Position numbers and translations under genes: made by a program. Positions 12,889-26,305 of a stretch of DNA of 49,815 nucleotides are shown here, one piece after another. Below the pieces are notes generated by a model. That model was not told where the DNA came from. It ran no database searches and saw only the letters and a program-made list of their open reading frames with translations. Numbering within the stretch: position 1 is the stretch's first letter; every line of letters starts with the position of its first letter. The DNA comes from Catajapyx aquilonaris (Eukaryota). The stretch is from contig JYFJ02002857.1 of NCBI GenBank assembly GCA_000934665.2, positions 1-49,815 on the forward strand, read 5' to 3'.

Positions 12889-13004
12889 TGAGAATTGATA
12901 ATTAACTTATACTGGTGTGGGACAACCTATACGCATAGAAGATTGTGAATATACTGTAGTGCCTATTTCGCCACATTGGTATCGACTGTTGGCAGGTATA
13001 AAAA

Positions 13005-13077
13005 CTGGTTGAACAGGTCAACCAGTTTGTATACCTGGGTAGTGTCCTTGAGAGTAATGGTAAAATTGATGGGGAGT
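13005..13077 (+). mobile_element. Non-LTR retrotransposon (LINE) reverse-transcriptase C-terminal fragment
   Basis: Translates LVEQVNQFVYLGSVLESNGKIDGE, the E.V..F.YLGS motif of RTE/CR1/L2-type RT domain 7. Confidence 0.7.
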
Positions 13078-13942
13078 CATACGTAAAAGTCATTATTTTG
13101 TTGAAGTCAGGAAATGAAACGTGAGTTCCAACTAAACGTCTTGAAAGGACCTGTTCAAGGTTATCCTGACTAAGACAAGCAACCTGCATGGCACAATGAT
13201 TCGTTTCTTTAGATTGGAGCAGATTACTGAAACTTGGCAATGCAGGGGAGTTGGATCGAAATGGCTGCTGTCCAGCCACTCTAATTAGTCCGGGCCCTAC
13301 GCGTCTTAACCTTGAATTTTGTGATAAGAACGTGCCACTTGGCACATATGTTCCCTAGGCCTATAGGAGCAATTCCAGAGTTGCAGGCAACTGATCGGTC
13401 CCTTAGGTCACGAGTTATGCGGTGTTGCCTACATGGCCGGGGATGACCTGAGCGTTTTTAACGTCGCATTTTGCGATAAGAAGGTACCGCTTGGCAGTTT
13501 CAAAAAAGTGCTGCCATCAGGTAATTTATGTGCATCATTATGTGAATCATTAGATGTAGTAAGATCCAGGAGATGGCACACACCTCACGGAAACTTACGC
13601 CTGTGTTTCGCTTTGCCCTCCGTTTCACTTTGCCCCACCTGCCAATAACCTAAGAATAAAATCGTTTCTCAAATGATCGTAGTTGTTCGAAAGGGAAATT
13701 ATTATGGCATAATCATCAAGAGAAGGAAGTGCCGGAGGCTGTAATCATTTCGAATACTATTTTTTTAATCATTAAATTTATTTGCATTTTGCAAAATACC
13801 AGAGCGAAATTAAGGGTATACTATATTATACTTTACTTATTTTTGACAAGTTCAAGTCGATTAATAATGTACTAATGTGGCAAGCGATAAATTTCAAACT
13901 CGACTTATTGTCGCAATCCATGTACAGAGTCATCTCTGGCAA

Positions 13943-14826
13943 TTACCGCCATCCGCATTCCTGTGTAGAGGAGCATTAATAGTATGGTCATAAGCTGGCA
14001 AGTAGCCTACAGAAAATAAGTTTCATTGAGTTGAAGCATTCTACAGTAAGGCTTACACTGATGATTTTTTTCAATGCGCATTCTAGAGGTTTCAGGAACT
14101 CACATGCCCCCGGACCATCACCTTCACCTGAAGTAAACCAATGATGAGTAATTTTCCATTTTATAACATATTGCTATGGGCACTGTTCAAGAGTATAGTA
14201 CAAACTAACCTGTTTCTATGCAGCGGGTCATAGATTCGACGATGAACTCTCTGGTCTCTTTGTATTCTTCTCCTGGCAGGAGGAAGTCCAATGTCTCCTG
14301 TGGTTTTATGTTTCCATCGTCATCAAGCTACGTATACAGCAAGGCAGTAAGGTATTACACACAAAATACTTCAACTAATGATAGCCTATAGTTCACTTTG
14401 GTTCACTTCCCCCATGCTGTACAGTGTACACCATAATACATACTAGATCCAGGACCTCCATTATGCATCTTTCAACATCACACTGAAAAGACAAAGTAAA
14501 TATGACATCATAATTATTAGTCTAATATATTTTTGTTGAGTTTGCAAAATTGCTGTGAAGAGTCAGCATTTATTTAGTCTACATATTATTTTAACAAGAC
14601 AGAGTCAAACTAACCCTATACCCTTGATCCTGGCAGATATTCTTAGCTGCTGCCAGTTCTTCTTCATTTCCAACGAAGGATTCGTGAGGGTGTCGGCAGT
14701 GAGCAGGCTGAAAAATGAGAAGAAATATGACAAAAGTTTTCGCAACAATCACTTGAATCGATTCACCTTTTCTTCGGCTGCTGCAAAGGCCAAGAGAAGA
14801 AGGAGGGTGGCTGCGAAGAACCTCAT
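13943..14826 (-). CDS. 8-Cys OBP-like protein 5
   Basis: MRFFAATLLLLLAFAAAEEK|PAHCRHPHESFVGNEEELAAAKNICQDQGYR|CDVERCIMEVLDL|LDDDGNIKPQETLDFLLPGEEYKETREFIVESMTRCIET|GEGDGPGACEFLKPLECALKKIIS|ECGWR*. Confidence 0.88.
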
Positions 14827-15353
14827 TGTTGCTCTCTGTGGTTCCAAAATGGGAATGAATAGTATTGCTCAATATCTGTACTCATGTAGTGTGGATTATC
14901 TCTGGGGGTGCGGTTGCAGCCTGTCCAATGTGTTCGTTATGAATGATGATTAGTGCGCTCCTATATTTGGGTGTGTTCATATCGAGGTATGAGAGTCAGG
15001 GAGAATTTATTGATAGTGATTTAGCTATGTATAGACATAAGAGCGAAAAATATGTAGATATCCTGGCACACTGTTACAGTGTCACATAATAGTAATGCGG
15101 ATTAAACTGTGCACTTACAATATAACTTCAGATGGGTAATACATAAAGTCCACATGAGGCTGATGGGGACCAGGAGGGAAAAAAGTGTAGGAGGCTAATC
15201 ATTTCGGATTTTAATCATTTAATTTATTTGTACTTGACAAAATACAAGAGCGAAATTAAGGATATACATACTTTAAGTATTTTTGACAATATTGAAAATT
15301 TTAAATCTCCATGTCGCATTCCATAATAATTACCCGCATGTATAATCATCTGA

Positions 15354-16147
15354 CTAGTCATAATATTGTCTGCATTCCTGTAACACAACAAATGCGAGAG
15401 GCATTAGTGATGTAATACAGAAGCTGGCAAGTTCATTTGAAAATAATAATTCTCTCTACAGTAAGTCTTACACTGCTGATTTTATCCGATACGCATTCTA
15501 GAGGTTTCCCCAACTCACATCCTTCAGGAGCATCACCTTCATCTGCAGTGAAGCAATGATTTGTGTGTGCACTGGTTCAAAGTTTGAGTACAAACTAACC
15601 TGTTTCTATGCAATGAGTGAATGTTTCGACCAGAAACTCCTTGGCCTCTTCGTGACCTGCTTCGGGCAGAAAGAAGTCCACTGTCTCCTTTGGTTTTATG
15701 TTTCCATTATCATCAAGCTATGTACAGCAACGGAGTAAAACATTAAACATAACTGTTATAATGATGATTTGTTCACTGCTCCCACAGAGTGCATCCTATA
15801 CATACCAAGTCTAACACCTCGAGAATGCATCTGGTATAATCACACTGAAAATACAAATACGGTGTCGTAGTTAGCCCAATACACTGTATTTTTGTTCAGT
15901 TTGCAAATATATGTTACAACTCAAAATCAAACAAACCTCATTCTCTTGATCCTTGCAGATCATATGCGTTGCTTCCATTTCTCCTAGCACGCTCTCGGAT
16001 GGTTCAGGGAATTGGCAGTGAGCAGGCTGAATAATGAGAAGAAATGTGACAAAATATTTCTCAACAATCATACTTGAATGGACTTACCACGTCTTGGGCT
16101 TCTGCAAAGGCCAAGAGAATGGCAAGGGTGGCTGCGAAGAACCTCAT
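15354..16147 (-). CDS. 8-Cys OBP-like protein 6
   Basis: MRFFAATLAILLAFAEAQDV|PAHCQFPEPSESVLGEMEATHMICKDQENE|CDYTRCILEVLDL|LDDNGNIKPKETVDFFLPEAGHEEAKEFLVETFTHCIET|DEGDAPEGCELGKPLECVSDKISS|ECRQYYD*. Confidence 0.88.
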
Positions 16148-16545
16148 TGTTGTTCGCTGATGTTCCAAAATGGGAATGAATAGTACTGGACAACATTTGT
16201 ACTTATATGAGTTATGTAGTGTGGATATCTCTGGGGTTGTGGCAGCAGCATTTCCTGCACACATGTGTGAGTGACGATTAGTCGCAGCTTCCTGGAGTCA
16301 GGAGTGTGTTCATATCGAGTTATGCAATATTATACCGTTGGGAGAACCTCGCATTAAAGTCAATATGTGATTACCCAATATTTTAGCTTGGCCAATAGTA
16401 GAACCATGACTCTGTTGACGCATGAATGACAGCCATTGTGCACGATTCATTAAAGATTTAATGTCCTTTGACATATCCGGCTTTTATGATGATTCAGTAT
16501 TGACAGCTCGACAGTTTGAAAAAATTCAGGATGATGATCGGAAAT

Positions 16546-18387
16546 TTACGCAACACTTGAGCAGGATGAGGTGAATCGATGATCAGTTGTCTGAGACTGT
16601 TCAGGCTCCTGATCTTGTTCAGTCTGATTTCCATGGGAGTCACACTGTTCTGATGATTTCTTCCGTTTTGAACACAGTTCTTGACAAACAGAATTGTGAC
16701 CATTCCTGCACGAAAAGACACCAGAATTGCGTAACACTTCACACAATAAGCATATGAGAGACATGCAAGATCCTGACAGAAGAAGAACGAAAGGCACTAT
16801 CATATGGCTTAATTTCATAGGTTTGTAGCTGCTCAATGGCGCAGTGATCTTCCCAGATTTGAACCACTTCACCTTCTGAATCATGCTCTTCTGCTCGTTC
16901 ACCCTCTTCACGTCGTAGTCGTTCAGACCAGTGTCTACGTAGATCAACACTCCTTTGTTGACTGAATCGTATATGACCGAATGAAGCTCGGTGCTGAGGC
17001 TGACCATCAGGATTGGCAGGTCAGTCTCCACAACATGGAGTTGGTTCTGTTTCAGTTTGTTCTCAGGGTCATCGACAGTCAGGCCGAACCAAGGTGTCTC
17101 CTGTACGAAACATGCGTACTTATCAGTCAGTACTTTGCTGACACATTCCTTCTGGTAGTCCATGTAATCTTGAGGAAGGTCATACAAGTTGACTTTAAGA
17201 GCAATTTCTTTGTGGATTTCGCTCTCTGTTAGGTTCACAAAGGAGTCGAAGTACCACTTACCCCAACCGCCCCAAGTGTACCGCGTGTTTATTAGGTCCT
17301 GGAGGGTGTCCAGATTGGACATGGGTTTGTCCATGAACACTCCGATCATGTCAGAGGTGATGATGGTGGACATCAGGAGGCAGAAGAAGAGGTAGAAACA
17401 GAAGAGCCAGGTGGTAGGAGTGGTCAGCTTCTGGATGTTGACCGATTGGACAATCATTGCTGGAAAGGTCATGGTGGTCAGGATTGTTGTCCAGGACTGT
17501 CCTTTCAGCAGACAGAACATGATGGTGGTGATGATAACGAGTGATACCAATATGCATACAAAGGCTTGTGGCGAAACAGGTTCCCACACCATGTGAGGGA
17601 GGAACTTCTTGGTGACCATCAACATCTTGTCCATCCTGTACGGTTGGGTATAACTGCGGTTGGTGTCCAACCGCATTGTTTCCAACTGATGGATCCGGTA
17701 TCTTCCGTTCGTGTCACCAATCCAATACTTGTAGTTCAGATATTGCATAAGAAATATGTTCACTCCCACATTGTGATTCCATACCGAAATGTTCCGTCCG
17801 TTCATGTCCTTTGTTGTGTCCACAAATAGCGATTCATGAGGTGACCTGACCGTCCTTTTCCTGATCGTATAATGTCCATTGTTGCAAAAGTAGCATGGTG
17901 TGATTATCCTGAATGAAATTGTGTCACCTTGTGTTAAGTGATCGATCCCTGCTCTGTACTTTGTCTTTGATGATTCCCAGTCGATACAACTGTCAGCTGA
18001 TCCGTTTGTTACGTAAAACATGTGGTAATCGCCAGTTACTCGCCACTTACTTGTTCTGTAAAATTGGTCCAATACTTTTCCGCAATTACTTCGGTGCAAG
18101 TAATAGAGGGCCAGGACGCACTGCCCTGATCTTTGAAACACATTGTTGGTAATGTTTGGTAAGTGGTCAGTAGATATCATAACGACCGTATTGTTGCACA
18201 TTATCGGCAGTTTTTCAAGACGACCCGGATAGTGTTCGCTGTCGTAAATAATTGCTAAAGAACAGTTAGGCAGCAGGTTCATGGTTGCAGACACTACTTC
18301 AGATAACATGTCTGAATCACTATGGATGGACAGGATGGTCACCTCTGCCGCGTTTGCAACGTAAATTAGTAAAAGTAGAAATTTCAT
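16546..18387 (-). CDS. Divergent ionotropic receptor IR-B (intronless, 613 aa)
   Basis: Signal peptide, PCYFCNNG, D.TKDMNGR.I.V, YTQPY, M1 after WEPVS, M2 ..TSDMIGVF...LDTLQDL, DTGL, PMKLSHMIVPFVLLLSG...CE. Confidence 0.88.
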   Translation of the reverse strand: MKFLLLLIYVANAAEVTILSIHSDSDMLSEVVSATMNLLPNCSLAIIYDSEHYPGRLEKLPIMCNNTVVMISTDHLPNITNNVFQRSGQCVLALYYLHRSNCGKVLDQFYRTSKWRVTGDYHMFYVTNGSADSCIDWESSKTKYRAGIDHLTQGDTISFRIITPCYFCNNGHYTIRKRTVRSPHESLFVDTTKDMNGRNISVWNHNVGVNIFLMQYLNYKYWIGDTNGRYRIHQLETMRLDTNRSYTQPYRMDKMLMVTKKFLPHMVWEPVSPQAFVCILVSLVIITTIMFCLLKGQSWTTILTTMTFPAMIVQSVNIQKLTTPTTWLFCFYLFFCLLMSTIITSDMIGVFMDKPMSNLDTLQDLINTRYTWGGWGKWYFDSFVNLTESEIHKEIALKVNLYDLPQDYMDYQKECVSKVLTDKYACFVQETPWFGLTVDDPENKLKQNQLHVVETDLPILMVSLSTELHSVIYDSVNKGVLIYVDTGLNDYDVKRVNEQKSMIQKVKWFKSGKITAPLSSYKPMKLSHMIVPFVLLLSGSCMSLICLLCEVLRNSGVFSCRNGHNSVCQELCSKRKKSSEQCDSHGNQTEQDQEPEQSQTTDHRFTSSCSSVA

Positions 18388-18732
18388 TGTTGTATGATCA
18401 ACCTGGTACAGACATTATTGTTGATGGCAGAGTATCAATGAGAGCAACCTACCTGCAGCACAAATGTAGTGTACTGATGAGGCAACATTACTTGAATATT
18501 GATTTGCCATCAGGGAACGAGTGACATTAAGGCGCCTCATCGCGTGACCCAATAATAGTTATCGACAGTTAGAAGGACACCCATACATGCTGACAGAACT
18601 GATCATTATTTTTCTACGCTAATGATGTGTTTTAAAATGGTGTTAAATTGGGCTATGTTGCAACTGCAGTTTTATTATGCTGGCTTATGACAAAGAATAT
18701 AATATTCTGAAACAATAGCAATAATATTCTTC

Positions 18733-19507
18733 TTAGTCGAGATACTGCCCGCATTCCTGTAAATATTAATTGAAAATTATTTGGTGGAAGTTGGTAACAA
18801 TATATCTATTTGTTAAAGTAGAATGAAATGTACCTGAATATATGCTGCAATTTCGCAATCTTGTATTGCATTCACGTACTCACAAGTGGTTTCTTCCAAT
18901 GAAATTCCAGCTGAAAAAAATGGAATTATGGATTGGTATATAATGTTTGCTATGTGTTATGCATATAACCAAATTACCAGATGCGGAACACTTGCGAACA
19001 TTTTCAGCAATAAATTCCCTGGTATCTTCAAACCCTTCACTTGGAATTACGAACTTGGCAAATTCTTCAGGAATTAAGGCGCCTTGGTTATCAAACTGAA
19101 AAATTGTTTAATTAGACAGATAATTTTACTGATAATAATTGAAGGGTGCATACCGCTTCTAGTTCTTTTTCAAGTACACAGGCATCCATACACTGAAAAT
19201 ATGTTAGTTAATTTTTTACATTGTCATGAAACCATTATATTGCACCATATTGTATTAAGTGTATTGGACTACTCACATGGAGTTCGACCTTTTCCTTGGT
19301 GCATCTATGCTCACTGTTGTATAAAAGTCCATACTCATCTTCAGCCATGTCTATATCTGGCAAGCGGCAATGACTTGGCTTTGATGCCTTGAATTTTAAT
19401 TTTGAGTAATACATAACAATATGCTGTGAAACTAACAAATGAGAGCTTACCATATCTCCAGTGATCGTTGTCAACAATGCAAAGAGGCAAAAAAGTGTCC
19501 CCAACAT
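18733..19507 (-). CDS. 8-Cys OBP-like protein 7
   Basis: MLGTLFCLFALLTTITGDM|(ASK)PSHCRLPDIDMAEDEYGLLYNSEHRCTKEKVELH|CMDACVLEKELEA|FDNQGALIPEEFAKFVIPSEGFEDTREFIAENVRKCSAS|AGISLEETTCEYVNAIQDCEIAAYIQ|ECGQYLD*; the exon 2 acceptor is ambiguous by 9 nt. Confidence 0.85.
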
Positions 19508-19871
19508 GTTGGTTCCACTGATGTTGTACACTCAGAATATTGCACTATTTTGCTAGTGAGTAGTGCAATTCTGTAAATAGCTAAAAGTGATTGCTTTTAT
19601 CTGTTCACAACACTCGCGAGGAAATTAATTAGTAATAATCACTGAAATTGCACATAAGCACTTTAATATCAGGAGGAAAAAAGGGGCGTACAGTGTCAAA
19701 ATTTGTCTTGAAAAAAAATCGAAAAATTATCTGTGAAATCACATGTCAAAGCAATTTAAAATCATGTGATTTATAACAAAAATAAAATTTATTGAGAGCA
19801 AATTCTGCATTAAAATGTTGGTGGCAAAATCATATATTATGTAGCAGGTCTTCTTCACTTGAAAAATCTTG

Positions 19872-20649
19872 CTATTCGCATGCCTAAAAAGATTACAATA
19901 AATTAAAGATGTAGTAATTAATAAAATTTGTGAAGATGTTGAGAAAAACTGTTGCAAGAATATTTTAGCTCCTTTTGTTCAAATTCAATATTTTCACAAG
20001 AGGCATACCTCATACAAAGCTTGGAGTCCACACCACATGTGAGCAAGAGCCCCAGAGCATCTAGGATATTCTGGCATGGTCTGAGCTGAATTAGGAAACA
20101 CATGTCACTCATTTGAACAAGTTGTACATAATTATGGAGCATCCAAACTTACGTCCATTATGTTTGCAATCAGCAATTAGTTCTTCCAAGTAATCCTTTC
20201 CCTCATCAAATCCTTGCTCGGGGTAAAGAAAGTCCACATACTCACGCTCTTTCAAACCACCATTGTCGTCAATCTGAAACATTACAACAATGGATGTTAA
20301 TGAGTTATTATGTCCTTCTCGGGCATACCAGATCCATTGAGTTGAGGACACATTCTGCTGTTTCACACTGCAAATGTACAAGCCCATTATTACAAAATTG
20401 TTGACTTATTGTTTGACAGTAGTCATACCTGACCTCCAGCACCTCCGCAGAAGTTCATTCGAGCATGTCGTAGTTTATCAGTGGCTGCCTGCATATCATC
20501 TCCAGTTGGAAAGTTGCAGTAGCCTGGATCCTATAGTATAATAGGTTAGTATTCAACCTAAGAATCAAAATGAGGGGACTTACCGCATAAGTGGCTGCCA
20601 AACTTGCAAGTAACAGAGCTGAAGTCAGGAGGAACATGGCTGCTGACAT
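19872..20649 (-). CDS. 8-Cys OBP-like protein 8
   Basis: MSAAMFLLTSALLLASLAATYA|DPGYCNFPTGDDMQAATDKLRHARMNFCGGAGGQ|CETAECVLNSMDL|IDDNGGLKEREYVDFLYPEQGFDEGKDYLEELIADCKHNG|PQTMPEYPRCSGALAHMWCGLQALYE|ACE*. Confidence 0.87.
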
Positions 20650-21115
20650 GATGGATCAGAAATGTATGCCCTTCATGACTTGTGAAGAAGAGACGATAGC
20701 TACAACGGAAGTAGTGATTTGGAAGGGTAAATTTGGCATATCCCTAGTCTATTTTAAAACAAACGGTGGCATCACTATTGATGCGCAGAACCCTGCTGAT
20801 AATATTTTGTTACATGGAATGACATAAAATTAGAATAATTATTATGACTCATGTACATTGCTCAATTCGATTGAAAAATGCTTATGATAAATGACCACCT
20901 AATGCATGCTACTCTACAGTACCACTGAAACGAGAGAAATGGTGTGATTATTGACAAACAATATGCGGATTTTTCTTCAAGAAATAGAGAAGGCTTCCAA
21001 TAGTAGTGACGGAATCGATAGGGTGCACCATATGTCTCACTTGGAAAGTTGGAACACACACTTTCATAGGTGTACAAACCAGAAGATACAATCAGCACTT
21101 CGCAGTGAGCCCAAA

Positions 21116-22536
21116 ATGTTCAGCAAGAGATCTAGAGTGATTCAGATGGAAGAGGGCAGACAGAAAGATGCTGAAGACACATTCTGGACCGCCTTCAGAC
21201 CACTGGCCATCTTGGCCACCTTTGGAGGAATCGCTCCTTGTCCTTGGCCCAGGAGGCCAAGTTGGAAGTGGTACCAACGGTGGCCAACACTGGTGCATTT
21301 CCTTCTGCTGGCCACTTGGATCATAACAATGAGCATTTATCCATCAAAGTCATGGAGCATTTTTAACAAAATGGGTCCAACAGAAAAGGCCAACTTAATA
21401 GTGTCCGTAATGGCAACATTTGCCTGCCCTTGGATCGCCTACATTTTGATTCAACTGAGCCTCTCGAAAATGTGGAAATTGCTTCATCGCTTCTCACGAT
21501 TGGATGTCACCAAACACATGAAGATCCTGAGAAGATGTTCTCTAATATTGGCAGCCAGTCACATCTTGCTGCCTGCAGGGGAGCTGATAAGTATTGTGAT
21601 TTGGCGATTGGAACGAGGCAGCTCATGGGAACTGAGCGATTTGTGCTCTTTGCTCTTTCATGGTCACAGTCACTTTCTGTCGTGCCTGATCATTGCACCG
21701 ATTACATTCTTGGCAATTGTTGTCTGGCTGCTGATGAACGACTTCAATGACAAAATAATTGAAATGTCGGATTCAGTTTGTTCGTCCACAGCAGGACAAC
21801 AGAAAGAGAGCACGGTTCTTAACAGTTTGGAAGCGCGTTCTCACCAATTCTACGAACTCTGCCTATTAGTGGAAGCTATGAATGACGTGTATGGGCTGAC
21901 AGTTGCAACTACGTACTTGATATTAGCCATGAAGATAGTGTGTTACATTTTTATAATGGTTTACAAAGAATTCAGCAGTGTGACAATGACAATGACGATG
22001 ACGATCGTCGCCGTGTCCACTGTCGCTTCAATGATTGCTGTGACACTGATTCTGGGGTCCATACCACGACAGGTACGTGACATAAGACTACGTTTTACTG
22101 TCTTATTATAAGACCAGCAGTTACGGTATATTACGTTACACTTTCACAGCACACGTTCGCTGACTCATCTGATCCGTGCATGTCCTCTGGTCACCAACCC
22201 CAAAATCAGGATTCATGTAAGTACAGTATTGCAATTGAATAAAGTATTGTAATATATTATTATACAGACATGAAATTCGAATTTAAAATGCCAATTAATA
22301 TTGTCCACTAATTTACGGTTCAGATGGAATTTCTGCTCCAGAAGTTGACAGGTCCTCCCATCGAGGTAACTGCGGCCAGTTACTTCTCAATAAATAGAGG
22401 CCTCTTGACTGCTGTAAGTTGTGCAAAAAAATTCAGACTAATATTTTTCTAACAGCTATTCCTTCCAAATTCGCAGATGGCAGGATCGATAACCATTTAT
22501 ATCGTTATCATGGTACAGTTCAAGGGGAGCGAATAA
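21116..22536 (+). CDS. Gustatory receptor GR-1 (4 exons; exon 2 acceptor mutated, possibly pseudogene)
   Basis: Long first exon to 22072, then phase-0 exons 22148-22216, 22324-22413 and 22477-22536, ending TAASYFSINRGLLTA|MAGSITIYIVIMVQFKGSE* (TM7 TY/IYxxxxxQF). The start is uncertain because upstream in-frame ATGs exist. Confidence 0.82.
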
Positions 22537-22950
22537 TCACCGTAAGAACTACACTATAACCTCAACAACACCAAAGAAACATATTGTTACGATTGTATAT
22601 ACTCGTAATTATTATGATACATGATCTGCATAGGATGGGATTACGTTTTTAAGTGGCCTTCAGCGTCGACTTGTGCAAGGATATTATTTTGTAAAGATTA
22701 CTGAAAGATATTTATTTTTTGAACAGTACAGGTAATGATAAATGACCAACCTAATGTACCAAGCTGGAAAGAGAGAAATGGTGCCATTATTGACAAACAA
22801 AAAGCTGATTTTTCCTCAAGGAATATAGCAGGTTTCCATTAGTAGTGACGGAATCGATAGGGTGCATCATATGTTTCACATGGAACACACACTTTCATAT
22901 GTGTACAAACCAGAAGATCCGCAGGCTGAGCACTTCGCAGTGTGCAAAAA

Positions 22951-24428
22951 ATGTTAAGGAAGAGATCTAGAGTTATTCAGGTGGAAGAGGGCAGAGAGCA
23001 AGATGCTGAAGACACATTTTGGACCGCCTTCAGACCACTGGCCATCTTTGCCACTGTTGGAGGAATTGCTCCTTGTCCTTGGCCCAGGAAGCCAAGTTGG
23101 AAGTGGTACCAATTGTGGCCAACAATGGTGCACGTCCTTCTGCTGGCCACGTACATAATAACACTGAGCGCTTATCCACCCAAGACATGGAGATTTTATA
23201 GCCAAATGAGTCCAACAGAAAAGGCAAGCTTTATAGTGGTCCTAATGGCAACATATGGCTGTCCTTGGATCGCTTACCTCTTGATTCAACCGAGCCTCTC
23301 AAAAATGTGGAAATTGCTTCATCGCTTCTCACGATTGGATGTCACCAAACACATGAAGATCCTCAGAAGATGTTCTCTAATATTGGCAGCCACTCACATC
23401 TTGCTTCCTTCAGGGGAGCTGATAAGTATTGTTATTTGGCGATTGGAACGAGGCAGCTCATGGGAACTGAGCGATTTGTGCTCTTTGCTCTTTGATTGTC
23501 ACAGTCACTTTCTGTCGTGCCTTATCATTGCACCGGTTACATTCTTGGCAATCGTTGTCTGGCTGCTGATGAACGACTTCAATGACAAAATAATTGAAAT
23601 GTCCGATTCAGTTTGTTTGTCCACAACAGGACAACAGAAAGAGAGCGATGGAAATATTCTGAATAGTTTGGCAGCTTGTTCCCAGCATTTTTATGAACTC
23701 TGTCTATTAGTGGAAAATATGGATGACGTGTATGGGCTGACAGTGGCAACTACTTACTTAACATTATCGGTGAAGATAGTAGGTTTCATTTTTCGGGTAT
23801 TTTACTCAAAAATCGCCAGTGCGACGTTTACCGTGACGGTGACGATCGTCGCCGTATCTACTGTCGCTTCAATTATTGCTCTCACACTGATTCTGGGGTC
23901 CATACCACGGCAGGTAAGTGACATAAGACAACAATTTACTGTCTTATTTTGATAGTTTATAGGAATAGTAGGCCTATTGCTGTAGCCTAATCTATAGTTC
24001 ATTACTTATTAAAACCACAGTGATCTTAATTGTAGCATAACACTTTCAGAGCACACGTTCGCTGACTCATCTGATCCGTGCATGTCCTCTGGTCACCAAC
24101 CCCAATATCAGGATTCATGTAAGTCTCGTAATTGCATAAAGACAAGGTAATAAATTATTATGCAAATGGGAAGCAATTAATATTGTTCACTAATTTGTGT
24201 TCAGCTGGAATTTCTGATTCAGAAGATGACAGGTCCTCCCATAGAGGTAACTGCTGCCAGTTACTTCTCAATAAACAGAGGCCTCTTGACTGCTGTAAGT
24301 TGTGCAAAATATTTTACACCAATAATGCCGTATGTATTATCTAACTACTTTTACTTCCAATCTCGCAGATGGCAGGATCTATAGCCACTTATATCGTGAT
24401 CATGGCACAGTTCAAGGGGGCCGAATAA
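22951..24428 (+). CDS. Gustatory receptor GR-2
   Basis: Exons 22951-23913, 24050-24118, 24205-24294 and 24369-24428. Multi-TM protein with the three C-terminal phase-0 introns typical of GRs; ends ATYIVIMAQFKGAE*. Confidence 0.9.
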
Positions 24429-24718
24429 TCATCTGTTCAGAAACGGATTCTGACAAACTTCAACAATTCAAAAGAAAAATTTTGTGATGAACTTTTAGTT
24501 AATATTTGTATATTTTCGGTGCATTAATAATTAAAATAATGTATTTTGGACATCCATTGCTTTTGAAAGTAAAGCAAGTGATAAATGGCCAACCTAATGT
24601 ACAGTACCACTGGAAAGAGAGAAATGGTGCCATTATTGACAAAGAAAAAGTTGATTTTTCTTCAAGAAGTAGAGCAGGTTTCCATTAATTAGTATGTGAC
24701 GGAATCGATAGCCCTAAT

Positions 24719-26305
24719 ATGAGTGCACCGTCTGTTTCACTTGGAACACACACTTTCATAGGTGGACAAACCAGAAGATCCACAGATTCAACATTTCGCA
24801 GTGAGTCCAAAATGTTAAGCAAGAGATCTAGAGTGATTCGGTTGGAAGATAGCAGGCAGCAAGATAATGTTGCTGAAGACACCTTTTGGACAGCGTTTAG
24901 ACCATTGGCCATCTTTGCCACTGTTGGAGGAATCGCTCCTTGTCCTTGGCCCAAGAACATTCCAAATTGGAGGTGGTACCAACGGTGGCCAACACTGGTG
25001 CACGTCCTCCTGCTGGCCACGCACATCATAACAATGAGCACTTATCCACCCAAATCATGGAGCTTTTTTAACAAAATGGGTCCAACAGAAAAGGCCAACA
25101 TAATAGTGGTCCTAATGGCAAAACATGCCTGTCCTTCGATCGCCTATATTTTGATTCAACTGAGCCTCTCGAAAATGTGGAAATTGCTTCATCGCTTCTC
25201 CCGATTGGATGTCACCAAACACATGAAGATCCTCAGAAGATGTTCTCTTATATTGGCAGCCACTCACATGTTGCTGCCTGCAGGGGAGCTGATAAGTATT
25301 GTGATTGGTCGATTGGAAAGAGGCAGATCATGGGAACTGAGCGATTTGTGCTCTTTTCTTTTTGGTGGTCACAGTCACTTTCTGTCGTGCCTGATCATTG
25401 CACCGGTTACATTCTTGGCAATCGTTGTCTGGTTGCTGATGAACGACTTCAATGACAAAATAATTACAATTTCCGATAAAATTTGTTCGTCCACAGCAGG
25501 ACAACAGAAAGAGAGCGATGGAAATATTCTGAACAGTTTGGCAGCTTGTTCTCAGCATTTTTACAAACTCTGTCTATTGGTGGAAAATATGGATGACGTG
25601 TATGGGCTGACAGTTGCAACTACTTACTTGATATTATCCTTGAAGATAGTAGGTTCCATTTTTTGGGTATTTCACAAAGACATGGTCAGTTCGACGTTTA
25701 CAGTGATAGTGACGATCATCGCCGTAACTACTGTTGCTTCAATTATTGCTCTCACACTGATTCTGGGGTCCATACCACGGCAGGTAAGTGACATAAGACA
25801 GCACTTTACTGTCTTATTTTGATAGTTAATAGCAATAGTATTGCTGTAATCTAGTTCATTACTTATTAAAACCACAGTGATCTTAATTGTAGCATAACAC
25901 TTTCAGAGCACACGTTCGCTGACTCATCTGATCCGTGCATGTCCTCTGGTCACCAACCCCAATATCAGGATCCATGTAAGTATTGTAATTGCATAAAACA
26001 TTGCAATAAATTCTTATGCAAACATGAAATTTCAATTAAAAATGGGCAATTAAAATTGTTCATTAATTTGTGTTCAGCTGGAATTTCTGATCCAGAAGAT
26101 GACAGGTCCTCCCATCGAGGTAACTGCTGCCAGTTACTTCTCAATAAACAGAGGCCTCCTGACTGCTGTAAGTTGTGCAAAATATTTTAGACTAATAATA
26201 CCAAATATTATATAACTACCTTTCCTTCCAATCGCAATCTCGCAGATAGCAGGATCTATAACCACTTACATCGTGATTATGGCACAGTTCAAAGGGGCCG
26301 AATAA
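24719..26305 (+). CDS. Gustatory receptor GR-3
   Basis: Exons 24719 (or 24812)-25783, 25907-25975, 26078-26167 and 26246-26305; ends TTYIVIMAQFKGAE*. Confidence 0.9.

Noticed and set aside
12902..13648. ORFs of 147 aa and 71 aa as genes
   Set aside because: They overlap a LINE fragment on the opposite strand and short repeated TE-like motifs (TTTTGYGATAAGAA...CTTGGCA); no coherent protein.
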